41,977 bases of DNA from Candidatus Omnitrophota bacterium (lineage in GTDB: Bacteria; Omnitrophota; Gorgyraeia; M55B152), in assembly GCA_018399975.1 (NCBI GenBank), contig JAGYNU010000003.1:1-41977 (forward strand), read 5' to 3'. Position numbers and translations under genes: made by a program. How positions within the stretch are numbered: the stretch's first letter is position 1; every line of letters begins with the position of its first letter. Below, in pieces: positions 10,644-18,431 of the stretch. The notes beneath the pieces are model-generated. The model saw nothing but the letters and a program-made list of their open reading frames with translations, made no database searches and was not told the DNA's origin.

Positions 10644-11258
10644 ATGAAAAAAATAATTTGTATTTTATTTTTTTTGGTTTTTATTTATTACCCAGATATC
10701 TCTTATTGTTTTTTTTATAGTAGGATTGTTGAGGAAGATACACCATTTGTTTACAAGGTGACCTTAAAAAATTTTAGCGTTTCCTCAGATAAAGGAAAAA
10801 CATGGGAGGTGATTCAAAAAAAACCCATAGCAGTAGATATTGTTAAAAACAATGCGATTGAATCTGTTGCTTATAAAATTCCGCCAGGCAGATATAATAA
10901 GGTAAAATATATGCCAAATGCTACTTTTATTATGAAAGGATATGTAAAGTATAAGGATTTAGTTTATTATACAAGTGTTGAAGCCGAAAATGGAACGGCA
11001 GTAACAGAAAATTTCGATTTGAATAATCCTCCTGTGGATTATGGAGAAGCTGAACTTACTGTTTTCGGATATAACGAATGGGAGTATTTAAGTTTCAAGA
11101 CAGAGAACATTAAATTTTCAGTAAAAGATTCAAAGATTAAAGAGATTTATATAAAAGTTGATTTAACTAATTCTTTAGCATTGTATCAAACCAGAGCAGA
11201 CCCAAATGTCTACCAGCTTATGCCGGTTTCACCTTCTATTATCGTATTTATAGAATAA
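10644..11258 (+). CDS. Exported hypothetical protein, DUF4382-like beta-rich (start at 10638 or 10644)
   Basis: MKKIICILFFLVF signal peptide; TPFVYKVTLK...W...IPPGRY pattern. Confidence 0.6.
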   Translation: MKKIICILFFLVFIYYPDISYCFFYSRIVEEDTPFVYKVTLKNFSVSSDKGKTWEVIQKKPIAVDIVKNNAIESVAYKIPPGRYNKVKYMPNATFIMKGYVKYKDLVYYTSVEAENGTAVTENFDLNNPPVDYGEAELTVFGYNEWEYLSFKTENIKFSVKDSKIKEIYIKVDLTNSLALYQTRADPNVYQLMPVSPSIIVFIE

Positions 11259-11269
11259 TTATTGTTCTT

Positions 11270-11692
11270 TTATATAGTATATAAGATTAAATACCTGCTG
11301 CTATCTTTTAGTATTACTTGCGTATTTTTGTTATTACAGTAACCAGGTTTTTCACTGACCGATAAAAATAATAAATTTCTAATCCCTTCTTCTTCTTTAA
11401 TTTCGAATAGTTTTGAACACAATCGAGTTCCTATTCCATTCGAACGATATTTTTTATTAACTGCTACGTAAAAATCTATTAAAGGAATAGGAGGTTCTGT
11501 TCCGTGTTCAGTTATAACACTTACTATTTCTTCTATTTCATGAGTTTCAAAATATTCTTCGAGGGTTTCTGTTTTATATAATAAACCTCCGATAATATTT
11601 CCGGTTTTTGGGTCTTTTGCAATTATAGCGTCATATTCTTCATTTAGGTTTTCCTGGCCAGGTAATATTCGTCTTTCTTGTCTAAAAATTTC
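11270..11692 (-). pseudogene. GNAT-family acetyltransferase reading frame lacking a canonical start codon
   Basis: Minus-strand 140-codon open frame with acetyl-CoA motif A (FYVAVNKKYRSNGIGTRL). It is preceded by GGGAG and an in-frame TAG where an ATG would be expected. Confidence 0.7.
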
Positions 11693-11892
11693 CTATTTTA
11701 AAAAAACTCCCTACTGTTTTCCTATCTTAGTTATTATTTTTTTTAATCACAAAAACTTGATTTTTTACAGCTGTATCAGGTATACTTAATGTGAGGTGTA
11801 AATATATAAATTTTTTTATAATTTATAACAAAAATTTACTATTTTATTGAAAGCTGCATTTAACACCAAGATATTTTATATTATTTATATCT

Positions 11893-11919
11893 ATAACTTA
11901 TTATATTGCAGTAAGTTAT
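11893..11919. promoter_or_regulatory. Palindrome ATAACTTA-N11-TAAGTTAT, IHF-like site
   Basis: Perfect 8-bp inverted repeat about 35-60 nt upstream of a -24/-12 element. Confidence 0.45.
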
Positions 11920-11954
11920 GTTTATATGGTTATTAATGTATATGTATTAATAAT

Positions 11955-11971
11955 TTGGTATAAAAGTTGCT
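11955..11971 (+). promoter_or_regulatory. Sigma-54 (-24/-12) promoter
   Basis: TTGGTATAAAAGTTGCT has the invariant GG-N10-GC spacing and TTGC; about 50 nt upstream of ATG 12021. Confidence 0.65.
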
Positions 11972-12020
11972 TTTAATGTAAGACTATTGAGCTAAAAATA
12001 TATTAGTTTAGGATAAAAAA

Positions 12021-13025
12021 ATGAAATATTCTAAAATAAGTATAATTATATTTATTTACTTAATATTGTTTGGTAATTTGTATTTTTCTGCCGATGCAAG
12101 GATGGTGAGAGAGAATACTTCCTTTGAACAAGAAATAATTTCTTATTTAATAGAAAACAGCGAGCTTAAGGAATTAGGTTTGTCTCAAACATTTATAAGA
12201 GATATATCTCTATTTATGAGACATTATCTTGAAAAAAGAGCAGAGTCACGACATTTATCTTTAGAAAGATATTTGCAACAAATAAAGACAGATAAACGAG
12301 AATTTGAATTTTTAATAAGCAAAATATCAGATTCTCTAGATATAGATGAATTTTCTTTTTATTCTGCATTTTTTAATTTTAATGTAGGTGTTTTTAGAAA
12401 ATTCTTAAATGAGCTAATTAAGGATAAAGTTAGGCAATCTGATTTAAGCATTAAGATAAAGAGCGTTGCTGGCAATAGGGGGATGGAAGCATATACAGCT
12501 GCTATGGTTGTTTATGATAGATTAGAAAGATATGCTTCTGAAAATTTATTTAGTCATGAAAGTGACTTGGAAAGAAAAAAAGAATTAGTAAAAGATTGGA
12601 TTAAAAAATGGGATATAGAGATTGCCATATATGATGTCGGATTAAGACTTTTAGAACATGCAAAGATAGGAGATTATTTTTATGTTGATATTTTTGGAGT
12701 TATTCCTGAAGGATTTCCACGCGGAAAATATGAACAAAACTTACTTCAAAGATTCTTTATTCCTTATGGAGGAAAAAGGAACGCTTATCAAATTGATTCT
12801 CTACTGCATTCATGGGTAAGAGAAAAATATATTGATTTAACTGATGAGTTTTCAAAAGATATACTTCTAGATGATTCAGGACATGAAATTGCATTTTTCA
12901 TTTCAGAAGGAGCCCCTTATTCAATTGTTAGACTAACTGAGGATATTTTAAAAGACTCTTTGAATTCTATTTATTCGGGGTTACTATTTTTTGCCTTGGA
13001 TGAATACCGAATAATAGAACCGTAA
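12021..13025 (+). CDS. Signal-peptide protein with divergent CheR-like methyltransferase domain
   Basis: Signal peptide ending ADA. IKIKSVAGNRGMEAYTAAM resembles CheR IWSAGCSTGEEPYSLAM; IAIYDVGLRLLEHAKIGDY resembles ATDIxxxxLxxAxxGxY; SLERYLQQIKTDKREFEFL resembles the CheR N-terminal helix. Confidence 0.6.
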   Translation: MKYSKISIIIFIYLILFGNLYFSADARMVRENTSFEQEIISYLIENSELKELGLSQTFIRDISLFMRHYLEKRAESRHLSLERYLQQIKTDKREFEFLISKISDSLDIDEFSFYSAFFNFNVGVFRKFLNELIKDKVRQSDLSIKIKSVAGNRGMEAYTAAMVVYDRLERYASENLFSHESDLERKKELVKDWIKKWDIEIAIYDVGLRLLEHAKIGDYFYVDIFGVIPEGFPRGKYEQNLLQRFFIPYGGKRNAYQIDSLLHSWVREKYIDLTDEFSKDILLDDSGHEIAFFISEGAPYSIVRLTEDILKDSLNSIYSGLLFFALDEYRIIEP

Positions 13026-13094
13026 TAGAATATTATTACGTCAATTTCTTAAAACCCCTTTCACTTCAAGAATAAATATTTCTTTATATCAAAC

Positions 13095-13123
13095 TTGCTA
13101 TATTGCCTAATTCCTGATATATT
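13095..13123 (+). promoter_or_regulatory. Putative sigma-70 promoter
   Basis: TTGCTA-N17-TATATT with extended TG; the ORF-track TTG start coincides with this -35. Confidence 0.4.
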
Positions 13124-13154
13124 CTTATTCAGGAGGTTATATAACACTATAAAA

Positions 13155-14825
13155 ATGAAAGTCTTAGATAATTTGTTTCAGGTCCGAAAACCCGGCAGGT
13201 ATATAAGCAAAGAGTATAATTCTGTAGTAAAAAATTGGGATAAAATAGATTTAAAGGTTTTAATTTCATATCCTGACCTTTACGAAATAGGTATGAGTAA
13301 CTTGGCTATATCTATTTTATATGAATTGCTTAATTCTAAAAAGGGTGTTCTTTGTGAAAGGTGTTTTGCTCCATGGAAAGACATGGAAAATTTTTTAAAA
13401 AACAATAAACAGCCTTTATATAGTCTTGAAAGCAAGAAAAATATAGATGAATTTGATTTAATAGGATTTACTCTTCAACATGAACTAAACTATACAAATA
13501 TACTTACAATACTTGAATTAGGAAATTTGAAAATTTGGCAAAAAGAAAGAAAAAATAAACATCCAATAATAATAGGTGGAGGCCCTTGTACTTTTAATCC
13601 TGAACCGATAGCAGACTTTTTTGATTTTTTCATTATAGGAGATGCTGAAGAAGTAATTTTAAAAATTGTAGAAGAGACTAAAAAATGGAAAAAAAAGGCA
13701 ATTTCTAGAAGGGAATTATTAAAGAATGTAGCTTTATTAAAGGGTGTATATGTTCCATCGTTATATAGTTTAAAAACAACAAGAGAAGAGTTTTTAATAC
13801 CTGAAGTAGATAAAAAAATAGAAAAAGCGACGGTTTCTGATATTAATAAAAGTTTCTATCCAACCACTTTTGTGGTCCCATATGTTCAAACTGTTCATGA
13901 TAGAGTTAATTTAGAAATTATGAGAGGATGTCCTAATTCTTGTAAATTTTGTCAGGCAAGACTTTATTACGGTTTACCCAGGGTTAGAAAGAAAAATAAC
14001 TTAGTTTCTATTGCGAGAAAAAGTTATGATAAAACCGGGTATGAAGAAATTTGTCTTTCTTCTTTGTCTAGTGGTAATTATCCTGGGATTTTAGAATTAT
14101 TAGATGATATAAAAGAGGAATTTAAAGAGGAAAACGTTTTTATAAGTTTGCCATCTTTGTGGGTTGGTAGAAATACTATAAAAGTTTTAAAAAGATTTAC
14201 TGAGTCTAAACGTCCTGGTTTAACTTTTGCTCCAGAGGTTACTTCAAAAAAAATGAAAAAAGTAATTAATAAATATGTAAGGGAAAAAGATTTAAAACAA
14301 GTTGTGCAATTTGCTTTAAATAATGGTTGGAAGAAAATTAAACTATATTATATGATAGGATTGCCAGAGTTGGAAATTGAAGATTTGAAGGAGACTGAGA
14401 AATTTGTATTAGAATTGTTAAATTTAAAGACCAAGAGAAAAGTTAATTTAACTTTAAGTTTTTCAACTTTTATACCAAAGTCACATACACCTTTGCAGAG
14501 GGCTAATTTTGTATCGGAGCAAGAATTTATAAAACAGTATAACTTTATTAAAAATAATCTTTCTAAACCAAGAATTACTTGGAATGTTAGAAGCTATAAA
14601 TTTTCATTGTTGGAAGCAATTTTATCAAGAGGAGATAGAGCATTAGGAAAGGTTATTTATAAAGCATGGCAGAAAAAAGCAAGGTTTGATTCTTGGAGCA
14701 AAGAATTCAATTTTTCCTTATGGGAAGATTCATTTAAAGAATTAAATGTAGAATATGAAAAATATTTGTATCCAGGCTTAAATAAAACTTCTATTTTGCC
14801 CTGGAGTTATATTGATTTATCATGA
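13155..14825 (+). CDS. B12-binding radical SAM protein (TIGR03960-like)
   Basis: VRKPGRY, YPDLYEIGMSNL, GGPCTFNPEP, EIMRGCPNSCKFC (CxxxCxxC), GLTFAPE. Confidence 0.9.
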   Translation: MKVLDNLFQVRKPGRYISKEYNSVVKNWDKIDLKVLISYPDLYEIGMSNLAISILYELLNSKKGVLCERCFAPWKDMENFLKNNKQPLYSLESKKNIDEFDLIGFTLQHELNYTNILTILELGNLKIWQKERKNKHPIIIGGGPCTFNPEPIADFFDFFIIGDAEEVILKIVEETKKWKKKAISRRELLKNVALLKGVYVPSLYSLKTTREEFLIPEVDKKIEKATVSDINKSFYPTTFVVPYVQTVHDRVNLEIMRGCPNSCKFCQARLYYGLPRVRKKNNLVSIARKSYDKTGYEEICLSSLSSGNYPGILELLDDIKEEFKEENVFISLPSLWVGRNTIKVLKRFTESKRPGLTFAPEVTSKKMKKVINKYVREKDLKQVVQFALNNGWKKIKLYYMIGLPELEIEDLKETEKFVLELLNLKTKRKVNLTLSFSTFIPKSHTPLQRANFVSEQEFIKQYNFIKNNLSKPRITWNVRSYKFSLLEAILSRGDRALGKVIYKAWQKKARFDSWSKEFNFSLWEDSFKELNVEYEKYLYPGLNKTSILPWSYIDLS

Positions 14826-14847
14826 ATAAGGAAGATTGTATATTATA

Positions 14848-15144
14848 ATGGAGAAGGAATATTTTGAATATCAATTAGTTTTTAAAAAAGAGGGGTTGTT
14901 GAAATACATTTCTCATTTAGATTTACTTCGTCTTTTTCAACGGGTAGTTAGAAGAGCTAATTTGCCAGTAGTATTTTCTAAAGGTTTTCATCCTCTGCCT
15001 AAGTTAAAAATACAACCTGCTTTAAAATTAGGAATAGAGAGTGATAATTTAAAATTATTTATCAAGTTAAATAAGAATATATCAAATAGAGAGTTAAAAG
15101 ATAGATTAAATTCAGAATTACCTGATGAAATCAAAGTTTTATGA
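14848..15144 (+). CDS. Radical SAM-associated protein (TIGR03936/DUF2344-like), short form
   Basis: KYISHLDLLRLFQR...FSKGFHPLPK...ALKLGIES; adjacent to its usual partner. Confidence 0.85.
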   Translation: MEKEYFEYQLVFKKEGLLKYISHLDLLRLFQRVVRRANLPVVFSKGFHPLPKLKIQPALKLGIESDNLKLFIKLNKNISNRELKDRLNSELPDEIKVL

Positions 15145-15200
15145 ATAAATACTGTAGGATAAATTTCGTGTTAAAATTTGACATTGGATATTGGGGGCTA

Positions 15201-15333
15201 TAAAGGATAAAGGAGAAAGGAAAAAGGATAAAGTTCTACGTTTAAAGTCCTACGTCCTAAGTCCTAAGTTAAAAACAGAGGATAAAAGAACAAGGATAAA
15301 GGATAAAGGAAAAAATAGAAGCCTGAAACCTGA
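15201..15333. repeat. Heptamer tandem repeat blocks (TAAAGGA, GTCCTAA, ARCCTGA)
   Basis: taaagga taaagga gaaagga aaaagga; gttctac gtttaaa gtcctac gtcctaa gtcctaa; second taaagga block 15276-15310; agcctga aacctga. Confidence 0.85.
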
Positions 15334-15352
15334 TGATTAAAAATTAGGTCAA

Positions 15353-15494
15353 CTTGTCATTTGTAATTTGTAACTTGTAATTTACTTGTATCTTGTATCT
15401 TGTTTCTTGTAATTTGTAATTTGTTTGTAATTTGTTATTTGTTATTTGTAATTTGTAATTTACTTGTATCTTGTATCTTGTCTCTTGTATCTTA
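15353..15494. repeat. YTTGTNN heptamer array, 18 units with 4-nt spacers
   Basis: Units cttgtaa/tttgtaa/cttgtat in groups of 4,5,5,4 separated by ttta/tttg/ttta at 15381, 15420 and 15459. Confidence 0.95.
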
Positions 15495-15575
15495 TTTAGG
15501 TTTTGTCTATTCAGACTTCATATTTTATTTATGAAAGTGCAAAATATTCTTGACATTACTTATGAATTTTGATAC

Positions 15576-15604
15576 TTGATATTTTCTTTAGTTCTTGATA
15601 TAGT
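15576..15604 (+). promoter_or_regulatory. Putative sigma-70 promoter of trpB2
   Basis: TTGATA-N17-TATAGT with extended TG; RBS AAGGAG upstream of ATG 15656. Confidence 0.45.
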
Positions 15605-15655
15605 TATAGCTTATTAATTTATAACGGATGTTTGTAAAAAGAAAGGAGTTGCCCT

Positions 15656-17035
15656 ATGTCTGATGATGTTAAAATTTTTCTTAATGAAGAAGATATTCCT
15701 AAACAGTGGTATAACATAGTGCCAGATTTGCCTAATCAACCACCTCCTCCTCTTGGCCCTGATGGCAAACCTATTAAACCAGAGATGTTGTCTAAAGTTT
15801 TCCCAATGAATTTGATTGAGCAGGAAGTTTCACAAGAACGTTGGATAGATATACCAGAAGAAATACTCGAAATTTTATATCGTTGGAGGCCTACTCCTTT
15901 ACGAAGAGCAAGATATTTAGAAAAATATTTAGATACTCCTGCTCGAATTTATTATAAGGATGAGAGTTTTAGCCCTCCGGGTAGTCATAAACCGAATACT
16001 GCGGTAGCCCAAGCTTGGTATAATAAAGAATTTGGTATAAAAAAGCTCACTACTGAAACTGGGGCAGGGCAATGGGGCAGTGCATTAGCTTTTTCTTGTA
16101 AACTATTAGGCCTTGGATGTAAAGTTTATATGGTTAGAATAAGTTTTGACCAAAAACCTTTAAGAAAGAATATGATGCAAATATGGGATGCTAATTGTAT
16201 TCCTAGTCCCAGTAATGAGACAAAAGTAGGCCGTGAAGTTTTAGAAAAAACTCCTGATACTCCCGGAAGTTTAGGTATAGCTATAGCAGAAGCTATAGAA
16301 GAGGCCATAAGTGATGAATCTGGGGAAACACGTTATTCCCTGGGTAGTGTTTTAAACCATGTATTGCTTCATCAAACAATAATTGGGTTAGAAGCAAAAA
16401 AACAGTTAAAAATAGCAGGGGAAAGTAATCCCGATATTGTTATAGGTTGTTGTGGAGGAGGTAGTAACTTTGCAGGTTTATCTTTTCCTTTTCTTTATGA
16501 TAAAATAAATGGCCAGGAGATGACTATTATACCTACAGAACCGACTGCTTGTCCTACTATGACTCGTGCTCCTTATTCTTATGATTTTGGGGATTCGGCA
16601 GGTCAAACTCCTTTATTGGCAATGTATACATTGGGACATAGTTTTGTTCCTCCTCCTATTCATGCTGGAGGTCTTCGTTATCATGGTATGGCTCCTTTAG
16701 TTAGCCAGGGAATTAAGGATGGGCTTTTGGAACCCCGTTCACTTGACCAGGTGAAATGTTATGAATCTGCTTTACTTTGGGCAAGAACCGAAGGGTATAT
16801 ATGTGCTCCGGAAACTAGTCATGCGATTGCTTGTGTAATTGACGAAGCCAAAAAGGCTAAAGAAGAAGGTAAAGAAAAGGTCATTTTATTTAATTATAGT
16901 GGGCATGGATTAATGGATTTAGCAGGATATGAGAAGTTTTTATCTAATGAATTAGTTGATTTTTCATTACCAGAAGAAGATTTAAAAAAATCCTTAAAAT
17001 CAATTGAGGGATTGCCCAAGCCAAATAATAAATAA
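15656..17035 (+). CDS. trpB2: TrpB2 (tryptophan synthase beta-like PLP enzyme)
   Basis: GSHKPNTA (PLP Lys), [34 protein letters not shown]; stand-alone with no trpA. Confidence 0.95.
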   Translation: MSDDVKIFLNEEDIPKQWYNIVPDLPNQPPPPLGPDGKPIKPEMLSKVFPMNLIEQEVSQERWIDIPEEILEILYRWRPTPLRRARYLEKYLDTPARIYYKDESFSPPGSHKPNTAVAQAWYNKEFGIKKLTTETGAGQWGSALAFSCKLLGLGCKVYMVRISFDQKPLRKNMMQIWDANCIPSPSNETKVGREVLEKTPDTPGSLGIAIAEAIEEAISDESGETRYSLGSVLNHVLLHQTIIGLEAKKQLKIAGESNPDIVIGCCGGGSNFAGLSFPFLYDKINGQEMTIIPTEPTACPTMTRAPYSYDFGDSAGQTPLLAMYTLGHSFVPPPIHAGGLRYHGMAPLVSQGIKDGLLEPRSLDQVKCYESALLWARTEGYICAPETSHAIACVIDEAKKAKEEGKEKVILFNYSGHGLMDLAGYEKFLSNELVDFSLPEEDLKKSLKSIEGLPKPNNK

Positions 17036-17115
17036 TTCTTTCCATAAAAATGATATTTTAGTGATTGTTTTTAGATATTTTTCAATCCCACAATATATTT
17101 TATGTAATAATATTT

Positions 17116-18105
17116 ATGGTTAAAGCAGTGTCTCTATTATCAGGCGGATTAGATAGTATTCTGGCAATAAGAATTATTCAAGAGCAGAAAGTAAATATTG
17201 TTGCGGTACATTTTTCTATTCCTTTTACAAGTAAAAAAGATAAAAATTATAATCTTAGTAAGAAATTATCTGATGAGTTAGGGATACACTTAGAACTTAT
17301 TAAGATAAAAAAAGAATATCTAAGTATAGTTAAAAACCCTAAATATGGATATGGTTCTAATTTTAATCCATGTATAGATTGCCGTATATTTATGGTGAAG
17401 AAAGCTAAAGAATATATGAATAAAATAAAAGCATCTTTTTTAATTACTGGAGAAGTTCTTGGCCAGCGCCCAATGTCTCAAAGAAAAGATGTTTTAACTA
17501 TTATTGAAAAAGAAAGTAAAATGCAAGGATTGATTTTAAGGCCGCTCTCGGCAAAGTTACTAAAACCTACTATTCCTGAAGAGAAAGGTTGGGTTGATAG
17601 AAGTAAATTATTAAATATTAGTGGGCGTTCTCGAAAAAAACAAATTGAATTAGCAAACAATTTCAATATAAAGGATTATCTTACTCCTGCTGGGGGATGT
17701 CTTTTAACTGACCCGGCTTTTTCAAGGAAAATGGCAGATTTGTTGAAATTTAAAGGGGATTTTGGATTACATGAAATTGAATTATTAAAAGTTGGGAGAC
17801 ACTTTAGATTAAATTCTGAAAGTAAACTTATAATAGGCAGAAATGAAAGTGAAAATAGTAAGCTATTGAAATTAGCTAAGATAGAGGATTTGATTTTTAG
17901 TCCTATCAGAGTTAAATGTCCAGTAGCTATTGGAAGAGGTGATTTTAACAAAGAAAATAAAACTTTAGCTTGTAAAATTATAGCGAAATACTGCAAGGAT
18001 TCTTCTTTTCAGACAATAAAATTGCATTGTGGTAAAAATACAGTTGATAATACAATAACAGTTTTACCTATAGAATCTAAAGAGATAAAAAAGTATAGAA
18101 TTTAA
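17116..18105 (+). CDS. ThiI/MnmA-like PP-loop tRNA thiouridylase (DUF814-associated type)
   Basis: LLSGGLDS PP-loop, NPCIDCR, TGEVLGQRPMSQ, PAGGCLLTDP, GRHFR, IIGRNE. Confidence 0.85.
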   Translation: MVKAVSLLSGGLDSILAIRIIQEQKVNIVAVHFSIPFTSKKDKNYNLSKKLSDELGIHLELIKIKKEYLSIVKNPKYGYGSNFNPCIDCRIFMVKKAKEYMNKIKASFLITGEVLGQRPMSQRKDVLTIIEKESKMQGLILRPLSAKLLKPTIPEEKGWVDRSKLLNISGRSRKKQIELANNFNIKDYLTPAGGCLLTDPAFSRKMADLLKFKGDFGLHEIELLKVGRHFRLNSESKLIIGRNESENSKLLKLAKIEDLIFSPIRVKCPVAIGRGDFNKENKTLACKIIAKYCKDSSFQTIKLHCGKNTVDNTITVLPIESKEIKKYRI

Positions 18106-18130
18106 TCTATCTGTTTTTTTTAAATTCTAC

Positions 18131-18262
18131 CTGCCTTTGTAGAAAGCCATGTTCCGTTAAATAAAAAAGCAAAGTATTTTACGGGAGACACCTTTAAAGG
18201 AGTGGATGTGCTTGTCCTGTAAGGATTTCAATCTCTTATAGGGTGAAACCGTAGAGCTTTAC
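18131..18262. mobile_element. Degenerate IS200/IS605-end-like / REP-like hairpin remnant
   Basis: gaaagccatg...tttaaaggagtggatg resembles IS605-type terminal hairpins; nested hairpins ccgttaaat...attttacgg and cctgtaagga...tctcttataggg; first 21 nt repeated at 19865. Confidence 0.45.
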
Positions 18263-18343
18263 TCTTTTAAAGAAAGCATTTAACGATATATATAGACAGA
18301 TAAATTTAAATATTGTTGTTTATAAGCTATAATTAACTTTTTA

Positions 18344-18384
18344 TTGACATTAATTTATATTCTGTTATATTGATAACAGAATAT
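18344..18384 (+). promoter_or_regulatory. Sigma-70 promoter overlapped by a perfect 12-bp inverted-repeat operator (Rex-like)
   Basis: TTGACA at 18344 and TG-n-TATATT at 18366; ATATTCTGTTAT-ATTG-ATAACAGAATAT at 18357-18384. Confidence 0.7.
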
Positions 18385-18431
18385 GATTATTTAATAATAT
18401 TTGCTTTATTTTTATGATTTAGGAGGTAAAA

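Noticed and set aside
11893-11919. loxP/dif-like recombination site
   Set aside because: Shares only ATAACTT ends; arm and spacer lengths do not fit, no recombinase is nearby, and its position fits an IHF site better.
15201-15494. CRISPR array or coding repeat
   Set aside because: No constant 25-40 nt repeat with unique spacers and no cas genes. The minus-strand open frame (KIQVNYKLQ...) lacks an ATG and RBS and is a by-product of the repeat.
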